Origin: Candidatus Eiseniibacteriota bacterium
Lineage (GTDB): Bacteria; Eisenbacteria; RBG-16-71-46
Reading direction: 5' to 3'
DNA length: 64,000 bases
Assembly (NCBI GenBank): GCA_963725865.1
Contig: CAVSAC010000014.1
Span: forward strand, 96,001 to 160,000
The position numbers and the translations under genes were made by a program. Of this stretch, positions 31,814 through 45,870 are shown one piece after another. The notes beneath the pieces are model-generated. The model saw only the letters and a program-made list of their open reading frames with translations, was not told where the DNA came from and made no database searches. Within the stretch, counting starts at the first letter, position 1. Each line of letters starts with the position of its first letter.

Positions 31814-33517
31814 TCAGTGGCGCACGCGATCGAGCCGGACGGCCGCCTCGTTGCGCGCGGCACCCGCAGGCGCCCGCACGATGTAACCGGTGAGCGCTTC
31901 CTGCGCCGCCATCGCGCGCCGCGGCGACGGCGCCTCCACCCAGGCGCGGAAGCGCGCGTCGGCGAGCTGGCGCCGCGCCTCGAGTTCGGCCACGCCCTGG
32001 GTGCGGCGCACCACGCGCTCCCACTCGTTCGCGGCGACCTCGAACTGCGCGGCCGAATGCCGGCCCGCGGCGTCGACCGACAGCTTGTGGGCACCGCGTG
32101 CCAGGGCCCGCACGCTGTCGGGCAGTTGCGCGAACGGCGCGAGCGCCAGATCGAGCGTGGTCTCCTGGCCGCGGCCGCCGCGGAAGTGCAGCTCCTGCGG
32201 CGCGCCCGCGCTGCCCCCCTCGGCGAGACTCTTGGTGGCGGTCGTGCTCTGCTGCGACAGCGCGCCGGCCGCGGGCGCCGGCGGCGACTGGCCCGCGCCG
32301 CCGAGCGCCAGCGGCTGGTCGAGCACCGCCACCGGCTGCAGCGCCAGCGCCAGATCGGGCGTCTGCGCCTCGATCGTCACGTTGCGCATCACGGTCTGGA
32401 AGCCGACGGCCAGGATGCTGAGCGTCCGCGCGCCGGTCGGAGCGGTGAGGCAGAAGCGCCCCGCGCGATCCGTCGTCACGCCCATGCCGAGGTCGGTCAG
32501 CACCACCTGGGCGCCGACCACCGGGCGGCCGCGGTCGTCCACGACCGCGCCGCACAGCAACCCGCGCGGCGCGTCCGCCGCGATCCGCCGGTCGGTCGAG
32601 CGCGGCGCGGCGGACTCGCGCGACGAGCCCAGCGCGGGGGCCGGCGCGTTCGCGCGCACCGGCGCCGGTGCCGGCGCGTTCGCGCGCACCGGCGCGGGCG
32701 CCTGCTCCAGCGCCGCGGTGCCGGGCGCGGTGTCCGCGCGACGCTCGAGCGGCTCCGCGCGCGTGGGCTTGCGCACGCGGCCGGGCTGGTCCGCCGGGCT
32801 CGGCGGCGGTTCGGGTGCGTTCGACTTCATCGCGAACGTGCGCGGCGGATTCACCGGCAGGTCCTCGCCGCCGGGTCCGCGCCGCACCTCGTACGCGCGC
32901 TGCGGGGACACCATCTCGTTGCGCGATCGCGGAGGCGCGGCGGCGCGGGCGGTCGACGGAGCCGCGCGATCGCGGGCGGCGGCCGGCGGCGCCGGCGGTG
33001 TCGCCTGGGCGTGCGGCGGTGTGGCGGTCGACGAGGGCATCGGCGCCGCCTCGTGCAGCGCGTCCAGCGGAGCGGCCATCCGCTCCTCGTCGGCCGGCGG
33101 AGTGGTCGGCGCCGCCGACTCGGTCGTGGTGGCGGTGCGACGCGCGAGGTCCGGCTGCGGCTGGCGCGCGACCACGATCACGAGCGCGGCACCCGCCATC
33201 ACCGCGACCACGCCGCCGGCCCACGCCAGTCGCCGCGGTGACCAGAACCCGCCGAGCGGCGGCGCCAGCGGCGCGGGCGCGCTCGCGGGTGCGGCCGCGA
33301 TGCGCCCGGCGACCCGCTCGGCGAACGAGGCGAAGTAGGCGTCGCCGGGATCGTGCGCGAGCGCGTCCTTGAGATCCTCGGTCTCGCGCACCACGCGATC
33401 GAGCGCCCGCTGGCACGCGTGGCAGCTCGCCAGGTGGTGCTCGACGTCCTCGAGCGCGCGCCCGATCAGCCCGCCGTCGGCGTGGGCGCTCAGCTGTTCG
33501 GGGCTCAGGTGGTTCAT
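31814..33517 (-). CDS. Zinc-binding (zf-HC2) anti-sigma factor with TM helix and carboxypeptidase-regulatory-like domain
   Basis: HLSPEQLSAHADG...HLASCHAC; TM segment; Pro/Ala linker; CGAVVDDRGRPVVGAQV...TTDRAGRF; ATGA overlap with the sigma gene. Confidence 0.85.
   Translation of the reverse strand: MNHLSPEQLSAHADGGLIGRALEDVEHHLASCHACQRALDRVVRETEDLKDALAHDPGDAYFASFAERVAGRIAAAPASAPAPLAPPLGGFWSPRRLAWAGGVVAVMAGAALVIVVARQPQPDLARRTATTTESAAPTTPPADEERMAAPLDALHEAAPMPSSTATPPHAQATPPAPPAAARDRAAPSTARAAAPPRSRNEMVSPQRAYEVRRGPGGEDLPVNPPRTFAMKSNAPEPPPSPADQPGRVRKPTRAEPLERRADTAPGTAALEQAPAPVRANAPAPAPVRANAPAPALGSSRESAAPRSTDRRIAADAPRGLLCGAVVDDRGRPVVGAQVVLTDLGMGVTTDRAGRFCLTAPTGARTLSILAVGFQTVMRNVTIEAQTPDLALALQPVAVLDQPLALGGAGQSPPAPAAGALSQQSTTATKSLAEGGSAGAPQELHFRGGRGQETTLDLALAPFAQLPDSVRALARGAHKLSVDAAGRHSAAQFEVAANEWERVVRRTQGVAELEARRQLADARFRAWVEAPSPRRAMAAQEALTGYIVRAPAGAARNEAAVRLDRVRH
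32640..32695. repeat. 30-bp-period intragenic tandem duplication (APAPVRANAP x2)
   Basis: GCCGGCGCGTTCGCGCGCACCGGCGC occurs twice with a 30-nt period. Confidence 0.8.
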
Positions 33518-34110
33518 GCTCGTTCTCCGGTCCGCGCCGCGAGGCGCGTCTTCAGCTCGGCTCGCGCACGCGAGAGCCGCGACATCACGGTCCCCGGCGG
33601 CACCCCCAGCGCGCGGGCGATCTCCTCGTACGACAGGTCCTCGACCGCGCGCAGCACCAGCACGAGCTGATGGTCGTGCGAGAGCTCCGCGAACGCCGCC
33701 GCGAGCTGGACGTCGTGCTCGCGCTTGGCGGTGTGCTCGGCCGGATCATCCTCCGCTCCGAACTGGCGCCCGGCCTCGAGCATCGGCTCGATCGGATCCT
33801 CCGGACGCCGCTTGCGGCGCCGGAACAGCGAGAACGCCAGGTTGACCGTGATGCGCGACAGCCAGGGGTAGAGCGGCTCCCCGACGCGGAAGCGGCTCAG
33901 CGCCTGCCACGCGCGCACGAAGGTCTCCTGGGCGAGGTCGTCCGCGTCGCTCGGATTGCGGGTCAGGCCGTGCGCCAGCCGGTAGATCGCGCGCTGATAG
34001 TGGCGCACGAGCTGGCCGAACGCGGCCTGATCGCCACCCTGGGCGGCGAGGAGCAGTCCTGCTTCCTCGCCCGGTTCCATCCATGCCGTACGCCGCTCGA
34101 GGGGGTTCAT
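33514..34110 (-). CDS. ECF RNA polymerase sigma factor (start may be ATG at 34080)
   Basis: GDQAAFGQLV, DADDLAQETFVRAW, WLSRITVN, LSYEEIARALGVPPGTVMSRLSRAR. Confidence 0.95.
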   Translation of the reverse strand: MNPLERRTAWMEPGEEAGLLLAAQGGDQAAFGQLVRHYQRAIYRLAHGLTRNPSDADDLAQETFVRAWQALSRFRVGEPLYPWLSRITVNLAFSLFRRRKRRPEDPIEPMLEAGRQFGAEDDPAEHTAKREHDVQLAAAFAELSHDHQLVLVLRAVEDLSYEEIARALGVPPGTVMSRLSRARAELKTRLAARTGERA

Positions 34111-34213
34111 TCCCGAGGACGGTTACCGCCGCGGGGGTCGGGGGTCAAGGTGTTGGATATGCGGGGGGTTGGGGCGGAGGCCCGCAGCCGGGCTTTTCCC
34201 CCCGGATCGTGCC

Positions 34214-34930
34214 TCAGGCGCCCGGGGTCGCGCTCTCCGCGGCCCGGCACTCCGCCCGCGCCGCCGCCAGCGCGGCCCGCGGGTCGGCCGCGGCGGTGAC
34301 GGCGCGGCCGAGCACCAGCAGGCCGGCGCCGAGGCGGACCGCCTCGGTGATGGTGGCGACCCGCGCCTGGTCCTGGGTGGCGCCGCCGGCCGGGCGGATG
34401 CCGGGGGTCACCGCGTAGAACGGCGCCGGATGGTGGTGGCGCACGCCCGCGAGATCGGCGGCCGAGCACACGATGCCCTTCGCCCCCGCGCGCACGCTGA
34501 TCGCCAGCAGCGCGGCGATGGTCTCGTGCAGCGCGAACGGCCGCGCGAAGCCGGGCGGCAGGTCGGCCGGATCGAGGCTCGTGAGCAGGGTGACCGCCAC
34601 GATCGCGGTCGATCCGCCGGCGCGCGCGATGCCGCGCGCCGCCGCCTCGATCATCGCCGCGCCCCCGCTCGCGTGCACCGTCAGCAGCTCGGCGCCCAGC
34701 CGCGCGACCTCGGCGGCCGCACCTTCGACGGTGTGGGGGATGTCGTGGAGCTTGAGGTCGAGGAACACGCGGCGCCCGCGCGCCCGCAGCGCGCGCACCG
34801 CCTCGGGACCGGCCGCGGTGAACAGCTGCAGTCCGACCTTGGCGACCTCGGGTCCCTCGCCGAGCCGCGCGTCGAGCGCCAGCGCCTGCTCCAGCGTGGG
34901 CACGTCGAACGCGATCGCCAGCTCGCTCAC
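34214..34930 (-). CDS. pyrF: Orotidine-5'-phosphate decarboxylase
   Basis: AKVGLQLF, FLDLKLHDIPHTV, TVHASGG, VTPGIRP, DQARV, VLGRAVT. Confidence 0.95.
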   Translation of the reverse strand: MSELAIAFDVPTLEQALALDARLGEGPEVAKVGLQLFTAAGPEAVRALRARGRRVFLDLKLHDIPHTVEGAAAEVARLGAELLTVHASGGAAMIEAAARGIARAGGSTAIVAVTLLTSLDPADLPPGFARPFALHETIAALLAISVRAGAKGIVCSAADLAGVRHHHPAPFYAVTPGIRPAGGATQDQARVATITEAVRLGAGLLVLGRAVTAAADPRAALAAARAECRAAESATPGA

Positions 34931-36006
34931 GCGCGCCCTCCCGCGCGTCCGCGCCGCGTCGGCGCCGCCGCGACCGCGACGCCGCGGTGCGGCCCGCGCG
35001 CCGCCCGCGCGGGCGCCTGGGCGTCGGCGCCCGCGAGGCAGCCGCGCCACGCGTCGAGCGAGCGCACGCCGTGCGCGGCGAGCCACGCGGCCATCTCCTC
35101 GGCGATCGTCTGCGCCGCCCGCGGGTGGATGAACGACGCGGTGCCCACCTGGATCGCGGCCGCGCCGACCGCGATGTACTCGAGCGCGTCGCGCCCGTTC
35201 ATGATGCCGCCGGAGCCGATGACCGGGATGCGCACCGCCTGCGCCGCCTCGTGGCAGCGCGCCAGCGCGAGCGGCTTGATCGCCGGCCCCGAGAGGCCGC
35301 CGGTGCGCCGCGCGAGCCTGGTGCGGCGGTGCTCGAGGTCGAGCGCCAGCCCGACGAACGTGTTCACCGCGGTCACCGCGTCGGCGCCGCCGGCCTCGCA
35401 CGCGCGCGCCAGGTCGCCGATCGAGGTCACGTCGGGCGAGAGCTTGGCGATCAGCGCGCGCCGGGTGAGCGGGCGCAGCCGCGCGAGCGTGCGCTCGAGC
35501 CGGCGCGGCACCGCCCAGTAGCGGGCGCCGCCCGCCGCCACGTTCGGACACGAGAAGTTGATCTCGAAGCCCGCGATCCCCTCGACCTCGCCGAGTACCC
35601 CCACCAGGCGCTCCAGCTCGCGCGGGGTCTCGCCGCCGACCGACGCCACGATGGTCGCCCCGAGCGCGCGCAGCCGCGGCACCTTCTCGCGCGCGAACGC
35701 GTCCAGCCCGACGTTCTCGAGCCCGATCGAGTTGAGCATCCCGCCCGCGGTCTCGGCGATGCGCTGCGGCGGGTTGCCGGCGCGCGGTCGCACGGTGACG
35801 GTCTTGGTGATCACGCCGCCGATCGCGCGCAGGTCCACGACGTGGGCGTACTCGTCGCCGTAGCCGAACGTGCCCGAGGCCGTGAGCACCGGGTTGCGTA
35901 GCGCCAGCGGCCCGATGCGGACGGTCAGGTCCACTCCGGAGGTGGCGTCGCGGGCCACCCGGCCGCCCGCCGCGGCCCGCGCGCGACCGGACGGGCGCGC
36001 GCTCAT
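34927..36006 (-). CDS. pyrD: Dihydroorotate dehydrogenase, family 1B catalytic subunit
   Basis: NPVLTASGTFG, GNPPQRIAET, NSIGLEN, INFSCPN, GGLSGPAIKP. Confidence 0.95.
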   Translation of the reverse strand: MSARPSGRARAAAGGRVARDATSGVDLTVRIGPLALRNPVLTASGTFGYGDEYAHVVDLRAIGGVITKTVTVRPRAGNPPQRIAETAGGMLNSIGLENVGLDAFAREKVPRLRALGATIVASVGGETPRELERLVGVLGEVEGIAGFEINFSCPNVAAGGARYWAVPRRLERTLARLRPLTRRALIAKLSPDVTSIGDLARACEAGGADAVTAVNTFVGLALDLEHRRTRLARRTGGLSGPAIKPLALARCHEAAQAVRIPVIGSGGIMNGRDALEYIAVGAAAIQVGTASFIHPRAAQTIAEEMAAWLAAHGVRSLDAWRGCLAGADAQAPARAARGPHRGVAVAAAPTRRGRAGGRA

Positions 36007-36875
36007 TCGATCCTCGTCCAGTCGAGGTCGCGAGCCTCGAACACCGGGCCCTCGGTGCAGCACATCGCGTACTCCGCGTTGCCGTGCAGCGACGGGCTCG
36101 CGGCGGCGCGATAGGCGCGGCGGCGCGCGGCGCTGCGCGGCAGCGGACAGCCGCGGCAGACGCCGGTGCCGCACGCCATCTGCGATTCCATCGCCAGCCA
36201 TGCGTGCGCGTCGTGCGCGATCGCCCACTGCGCGGCCGCCTTGAGCATGGCGTGCGGCCCGCACGCGTGGAGCACCGGGCGCGCGGCCAGCCTGGGGGCG
36301 AGCCGCGCGAGCACGTCGATCACCGTGCCCCGGACACCGCGGCCGCCGTCGTCGGTGCACACGTGCAGCCGCCCGCCCGCGCGCGCGATCCGCGCCCGCG
36401 CCGCCTCGAGGCCCACCAGCAGCGTGCGCGTGCGCGCGCCGAACACCAGGTCGCAGCGCCGGCCGTCCGCCGCGAGCCGCTCGGCCGCGAACAGCAGCGG
36501 GGCGACGCCGCGGCCGCCGGCCAGCAGGATCGGGGCGCCGGGCTCCGCGAGCGGGAATCCGCGCCCGAGCGGCCCCAGCACCTCGACCCGCGCGCCGGCC
36601 GGCAGCGCCGCCAGCGCGCGGGTGCCGGAGCCGACCGCGGCGTACAGGAACCCGAGCGTGAGCGCGCCGGCGCGCTCGCTCGCCGACGCGATGCTCATCG
36701 GGCGCGGCAGCAGCACCGGTCCGCCCTCCATCAGCAGCTGGACGAACTGACCGGGCGCGGGGCGCTCGAAGCCGCGCGGCAGCCGCAGCTCGAGCCAGCG
36801 ATGGTCGGCGCCCTCGTCACGATGCACCGCGACGGTGGCCAGGACCTGGAGCCAGCTCGCGGCCGCGACGCTCAC
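36003..36875 (-). CDS. pyrK: Dihydroorotate dehydrogenase electron-transfer subunit
   Basis: PGQFV, LLPRPMSI, GPLGRGF, AGGRGVAP, CGPHAML, MACGTGVCRGC, CTEGPVF. Confidence 0.92.
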   Translation of the reverse strand: MSVAAASWLQVLATVAVHRDEGADHRWLELRLPRGFERPAPGQFVQLLMEGGPVLLPRPMSIASASERAGALTLGFLYAAVGSGTRALAALPAGARVEVLGPLGRGFPLAEPGAPILLAGGRGVAPLLFAAERLAADGRRCDLVFGARTRTLLVGLEAARARIARAGGRLHVCTDDGGRGVRGTVIDVLARLAPRLAARPVLHACGPHAMLKAAAQWAIAHDAHAWLAMESQMACGTGVCRGCPLPRSAARRRAYRAAASPSLHGNAEYAMCCTEGPVFEARDLDWTRIE

Positions 36876-39066
36876 GGGCGCTTCCGGGTGGTGTCCGGGG
36901 TGGCGGGGACCTCCGCGCCGCGCGCGCTGTCGCGGACGGCGGGCGGGTGCGGCGCGCTCGTCGAGTCGCCGGCCGCCGGCGCGGCGTTGCCGTTGCCGCC
37001 CGTGGAGTCGGCGCGAGCGTGCGACCGCAAGCCGCGCGTGGAGTCGGCCGCCGCGGGCGCGGCGCCCGGCTTCCGTTGGGTCGAGTCCGGCGCGGCCGCG
37101 CGCACGTCCAGTCGGCGCGCCCGGCCCTTCTGCTTGGGCGTGAATCGCGGCCGATGCACGACGCTGTCGCCGGCCGCGGTGTCGCGCGCGGCCCCCGCGA
37201 GTCGCGGGCCACCCGCGGGCCCGAGCGGCGTGCGCGCGAGCGCGAGGCTGTCGGCCACGACGCTGTCGGGAACGGCCCCCGCGAGCCCCGGTCCGCCGGC
37301 GGGTCGGCGCGCGGCGCCCGCGAGCGCGCTGCTGTCGAGCGGCGCGCCGGGCTGCATGAACGGACCGCCGCGCAGTCCGGGGCCGGCGAACGAGGGCGGA
37401 CCCATCCGTCCGAGGCTGTCGGGGCGCACTCCGGCCCCCATCGGCGAGCCGAAGATCGCGTTCTGCCACATCGGCGCCGTGCGCGCGGAGTCCAGCGCGG
37501 TCAGCGGTCCGCGCGCGCCGAGCCGCAGGTCCTCGGGCGGCGGCGCGGTCAGGTGCGTGGTGTCGGCGCGGGCGAGCAGCCGCACCGGCATGCGGATCAG
37601 ATCCTGCGGCACCTCGGCGCCCTCGGCCTCGAGGTAGTCGCGCGCCGCGAGCTGCGCCTCGGTGGCGGGGTGCTGGCGCACCACCGCCCAGAACAGCGAG
37701 TCCGCCTCGGCGTTGCGCTCGAGCTTGCGGCTGAGCACCCACGCCTGCGCGTTCAGCGCCTTGGGCTCGTAGGGCGTGCCCTTCAGATCGGCGGCCGCCT
37801 TCTGGTACTCCTGCAGCGCGCGGTCGGGCTTGTCGAGCTGGAACAGGTAGACCTCGGCGCGCACGAACGCCGCCTCGGCGCGCTTCTCGATCGAGTCCCC
37901 GCCGGCGGTCTTGAACTGCGCGAGGCGGTCGAGCGTCGAGAGGCGCTGGGCGGCCTGCTCGCTGTATCCGCCGGCCGTGCCCTGGTCCTTGACCTTGGCG
38001 TACTCGGTGCGCGCCTGGTCGAAATCGTCGGCGGCGGTCTCGTACGCGTACCCGATGCGGTACTGCGCCTCGGCGCCGAGGGTGGTGCGCGGGTAGTCGC
38101 GCAGCACGTCGCGGTACGCCTGCAGCGCCGGCTCCACCCGCCCGGCCAGCAGGTTCGCGGTCCCGATCCGCATCAGCAGCCGCCCGTAGTGGTCGGCGCC
38201 CGGCGTGGACAGCACCGACGACGCCACGAACGTGGAGGCGGCTCCGGTTCCGCCCGCTCCGGTGGTGCCGGCCGGCGGGGTGGGTGGCTGCGGCTCGGTC
38301 TCGTGCGAGATCGCGTCCTTCAGCAGCGCGATCGAGCCGTCGAAGTCGCGCGCCCCCTCGAGGCAGTCGGCCTCGCGCAACAGCCAGCCGAGCCGATCCT
38401 CCTCGGTGAGCGAGTGCTCGCCCAGGAAGCGGTAATCGTCGCGCGCCTTCGCGAAGTCGCCGCGGCTGTAGTACGCCTCGGCGCGCGCCTTGCGCGCCTC
38501 CACCGCGAGCGCGCTCTTGGGGAAGCGCTCGAGCACGACGCCGGCCGCGGCCGCCGCGTCGCCGGGGCGCTGGAGCGCCATCAGCACCCGCGCGCGCTCG
38601 AGCTGCGCGTACGGCACCAGGTCGTGGCGCGGGGACTTCGCGATGAAGTCGTCGAGCGCTCGCAGCGACTCGCTGTAGCGGCGCGCCTGCCGGTAGGCCA
38701 CGCCCAGGTAGAACGTCGCCTCCCCGCGCAGCGGGCTGTCCGGGTAGCGGGTGGTGAAGTCGGACAGCATGCTCACGGTCTGCAGCGGGTCGCTCTGGCC
38801 CAGCAGGGCCTTCGCCCACAGCACGTAGGCGTCGTCGACCCACTTCGAGCGCGGGTACTCGGCGAGCAGCTTCTTGGAGTAGTCGATCGCCTTGTTGAAG
38901 TACTGCGCCTGCATCGCCTGCGCCTTGTCGACGACGTACGGCGCGCCGTCGGTGCCCTTGAAGTAGTTCTTCCGCGCCAGGTAGTACGTGTTGTAGTACG
39001 CGCACGACGAGGCCAGCGCGGCGAGCGCGCCCAGCACCACCAGGCCCCGTAGGGCGCGTGTCGTCC

Positions 39067-39070
<4 letters not shown>
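36872..39070 (-). CDS. TPR lipoprotein (SprE/PorW-like by inference)
   Basis: Lipobox-like LASSC followed by AYYNTYYLA; many TPR units (YPRSKWVDDA, YPDSPLRGEA, FPKSALAVEA); low-complexity tail. Confidence 0.8.
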
Positions 39071-42281
<3,211 letters not shown>

Positions 42282-42282
<1 letters not shown>

Positions 42283-43457
42283 CAGCGCGCTCCCGCCGGC
42301 GGGCCGCCCAGGGCCGCGGTGAGCTGGACGCCGCGGCGCTGGCCCACCGCGTCCGCGAACGCGCGGAACCACGGCCGCGAGTCGTGCGGGCCCGGGGCGG
42401 CCTCGGGGTGGTACTGGCAGGCGAACACCGGCAGGCGCGCGGTGCACCATGCCCTCGAGCGTCTGGTCGTTGCCGCTGAAGTGGGTCAGCTCGAACTCGC
42501 CCGCGGGCAGCGTGGCGGCGTCCACCATGAAGCCGTGGTTCTGGCTCGTGACCTCGACCGACGCCGGTGCGCCGGTCGATCACCGGATGGTTGGCGCCGC
42601 GGTGCCCGAACTTGAGCTTGCGCGTGGTCGCGCCGAACGCCAGCCCGAGCAGCTGGTGGCCGAGGCAGATGCCGAGCGTCGGCACCGCCTGCGCCACCGC
42701 GCGCGCGGTGGCGATCGCGAAGTCGAGCGGCTCGGGATCGCCGGGGCCGTTCGAGAGCACCACGCCGGCGGGCGCCATCGCGAGCACCTCGCGCGGCCGG
42801 CGTGCGCCCCGGCACCACCCGCACGCGGAAGCCCTCGGCGCGCAGCCGGCGCAGGATGTTCCACTTCACGCCGAAGTCGAACACCACCGCGAGCGGCCGG
42901 TCGACGTCGAGCGGGTCGTCGTGCGCCGCCGGGCCCGCGGCGGTCCACGCGTAGGGCTCCGTGCAGGTCACGCGGTCCACCAGCGCCAGCCCCAGCATGC
43001 TCGGGCTCCAGCGCGCCTTCTCGACCAGCGTGTCGGCGTCGAGGTCCACGCTCGAGAGGCAGCCGCGCATCACGCCGCGCTCGCGCAGGTGGCGCGTGAG
43101 CGCGCGCGTGTCGATGCCGCAGATGCCGGGCACGCCGCGCGCGGCCAGCAGGTCCTCGAGGCGGCCCTGCGAGCGCCACGACGACGGCCGCTCGCACACC
43201 TCGCGGCAGATCAGCGCCTGCGCGCGCAGGGCGGCGCTCTCCATGTCGTCGTCGTTGACGCCGTAGTTGCCGATCAGCGGGTAGGTGAACGTGACGATCT
43301 GCCCGCAGTACGACGGGTCGCTCAGCACCTCCTGGTAGCCGGTCATGGCGGTGTTGAACACCACCTCGCCGCAGGTCTCGACCGGGGCGCCGAACGCCTC
43401 GCCGCGGAACACCCGGCCGTCCTCGAGCGCCAGCAGCGCGGGGGGACGCCGCGTCAA
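42282..43457 (-). CDS. carA: Carbamoyl-phosphate synthase small subunit (frameshifted)
   Basis: TTG start; [51 protein letters not shown]. Confidence 0.95.
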
Positions 43458-44780
43458 CGGACGCTCTCCGGGACCGCCGCCCCACCGCGCGCACGGGTCA
43501 CCCGCACCGCCGGATCCGCGTGCGTGCAGTCGTCCGCCGCACACCGTCGCCATCACGCGGCCGGTCAGGCTCCAGCCGCCGAACGGCGTGTTGCGCCCCT
43601 TGGAGTGGAAGCGCTCGGGCTCCACCGTCCACGTCGCGGCCGGGATCGATCAGCACCAGGTCGGCGCGGATCGCCGGGCTCCAGGCGCACCGGCGGCAGG
43701 TCGAACACCCGGCGCGGCGCGTCGGTCCACAGCTCGAGCGCGCGCGCGAGCGACAGGTGCCCGGGCTGGACCAGGAACGTGAGCGTGAGCGCCAGCGCGG
43801 TCTCGAGGCCCACGATGCCGAACGGCGCCTCCTCGAACGGCCGGCGCTTCTCGTCGGCGGTGTGCGGCGCGTGGTCGGTCGCGAGCACGTCGAGCGTGCC
43901 GTCCACGATCGCCGCGATCACGGCGTCGCGGTCGGCCTCCGAGCGCAGCGGCGGGTTCATCTTCGCGTGGGTGTCGTAGCCGTCCACCGCGTCGTCGGTG
44001 AGCGTCCAGTAGTGCGGGACACGTCTCGCCCGTCACGAACAGTCCGCGGCGCTTGGCGTCGCGCAGCGCCTCGAGCGACTCGGCGCACGAGAGGTGCGCC
44101 AGGTGCACGCGCCCGCCGGTGAGCGCCGCCAGCTCCACGTCGCGGCGCACCATCACGCTCTCGGCCGCGTTGGGGATCCCGCGCAGGCCGAGCCGGGTCG
44201 CCATGAACCCCTCGTTCATCTGGCCGTCGCCCCTGAGCGTCGGGATCCTCCTCGTGCCCGATGATCGGCAGCCCGGCGTGGCGCGCGTACTCGAGCGCGC
44301 GGCGCATGATCGAGGCCTTCGCCACCGGGCGCCCGTCGTCGCTGAGCGCCACCGCGCCGCGCGTTCTTCAGCGCCATGAACGGCGCCAGCGTCTCGCCGT
44401 TCTGCCCCATCGTGACTGCGCCGATCGGATGCACGCGGCAGTGCCCGACCTGGGCCGCGCGCTCGCGCACCCACTCGACCTGCGACCGCCTGGTCGAGCA
44501 CCGGGTCGGTGTTGGGCATGCAGCACACCGCGGTGAAGCCGCCGGCCGCCGCCGCGCGGGTGCCGGTCGCGATGGTCTCCTTGACCGACTGGCCGGGCTC
44601 GCGCAGGTGGACGTGCAGGTCGACCAGCCCGGGGGCGACCACCAGCCCGTCGGCGTCGATCACGCTGCCCGCCTCGCGCGCGGCGACGTCCGCCACGATG
44701 CGCCCGTCGCGGAAGCCGAGCTCGACGCGCTCGCCGGTGCGCCAGTGCATCGCGTCGCGGATCAGGGTGATGGGCCTCAT
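43454..44780 (-). CDS. pyrC: Dihydroorotase, active type (frameshifted)
   Basis: [44 protein letters not shown]. Confidence 0.93.
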
Positions 44781-45775
44781 GCCGCCACCTCCTCGCGCCG
44801 CGCGCGGGCGCAGCGCACGAGCACCGCGCAGCGCAGCGCCACGCCGTTCTCGACCTGGTCGAGGATCACCGCGCGCTCGCCGTCGGCGACCTCGGGCAGC
44901 ACCTCGACGCCGCGGTTCATCGGCCCCGGGTGCAGCACCACCGCGTCGCGCGCGAGCAGCCGCACGCGCTCCGGCGTGAGCCCCCACACGCGCGAGAACT
45001 CGCCGAGCGAGGGCAGCAGCCCGCCCTCCATGCGCTCCTTCTGGAGCCGCAGCGCCATCACCGCGTCCGCGCCCTCCATCGCCTCCTCGACCGTGGCGGC
45101 CACGTCGCAGCCGAGGCGCTCGATCCCGGCCGGCAGCAGCGTGGCCGGTCCCGCCAGCGTCACGTGCACTCCCAGCGTGCGCAGCCCGTGGATCGCGCTG
45201 CGCGCCACCCGCGAGTGCGCGACGTCGCCCACCAGCGCGAGCCGGCGGCCTTCGAAGCGCCCCTTCCAGGCGTCGCGCAGCGTCAGCAGGTCGAGCAGCC
45301 CCTGCGTCGGATGCTCGTGCCGCCCGTCGCCGGCGTTGATCACGCCCACCTCGAGATGCCGCGTCAGGAACAGCGGTGCGCCCGACGCCACGTGGCGCAC
45401 CACCACCAGGTCGACGCCCATCGCCTCGATGTTCTGGATGGTGTCGAGCAGCGACTCGCCCTTGCTGACCGAGGAGCCCGCGGCGGTGAGCGTCGCGACC
45501 GTGGCCCCCAGGTGGCGCGCCGCCAGCTCGAACGACACCCGGGTGCGGGTCGAGTCCTCGAAGAACGCCAGCAGCACGGTCACGCCGCGCAGGTCGTCGA
45601 ACGGCATGCCCCCGGCGCGCAGGCGCTCGCGCACCCGCTCCGCGGCGTCGAGCATGGCGAGCAACTCCTCGCGCGGCATGCCCTCGAGGCCGAGCAGGTG
45701 ACGGCGGGACGGCGGGGTAGCAAAAGACCCCGCGCCGATCGGCGACGGGGCGGATACGGGGACTGCGGGCTGCAT
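44777..45775 (-). CDS. pyrB: Aspartate carbamoyltransferase catalytic subunit
   Basis: [56 protein letters not shown]. Confidence 0.96.
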   Translation of the reverse strand: MQPAVPVSAPSPIGAGSFATPPSRRHLLGLEGMPREELLAMLDAAERVRERLRAGGMPFDDLRGVTVLLAFFEDSTRTRVSFELAARHLGATVATLTAAGSSVSKGESLLDTIQNIEAMGVDLVVVRHVASGAPLFLTRHLEVGVINAGDGRHEHPTQGLLDLLTLRDAWKGRFEGRRLALVGDVAHSRVARSAIHGLRTLGVHVTLAGPATLLPAGIERLGCDVAATVEEAMEGADAVMALRLQKERMEGGLLPSLGEFSRVWGLTPERVRLLARDAVVLHPGPMNRGVEVLPEVADGERAVILDQVENGVALRCAVLVRCARARREEVAA

Positions 45776-45783
45776 CGGCTCCT

Positions 45784-45816
45784 CCCTTCCCGACCTCGCA
45801 GGGCCGAGTTCAAGGG
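45784..45816 (-). promoter_or_regulatory. PyrR-binding RNA stem-loop overlapping the pyrB Shine-Dalgarno
   Basis: CCCUU-GAA-CUCGGCC-CUGCGA-GGUCGGG-AAGGG matches the PyrR loop pattern ARUCCNGNGAGGYU with pairing-preserving changes. Confidence 0.8.
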
Positions 45817-45841
45817 GTGGTGGACGTCTGGACCGGGCGGG

Positions 45842-45870
45842 AAGGTAGCGCAATGGCCCCGGGGAATCAA
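45842..45870 (-). promoter_or_regulatory. Putative sigma70 promoter of the pyrB operon
   Basis: Minus strand TTGATT-17 nt-TACCTT just upstream of the PyrR loop. Confidence 0.55.
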
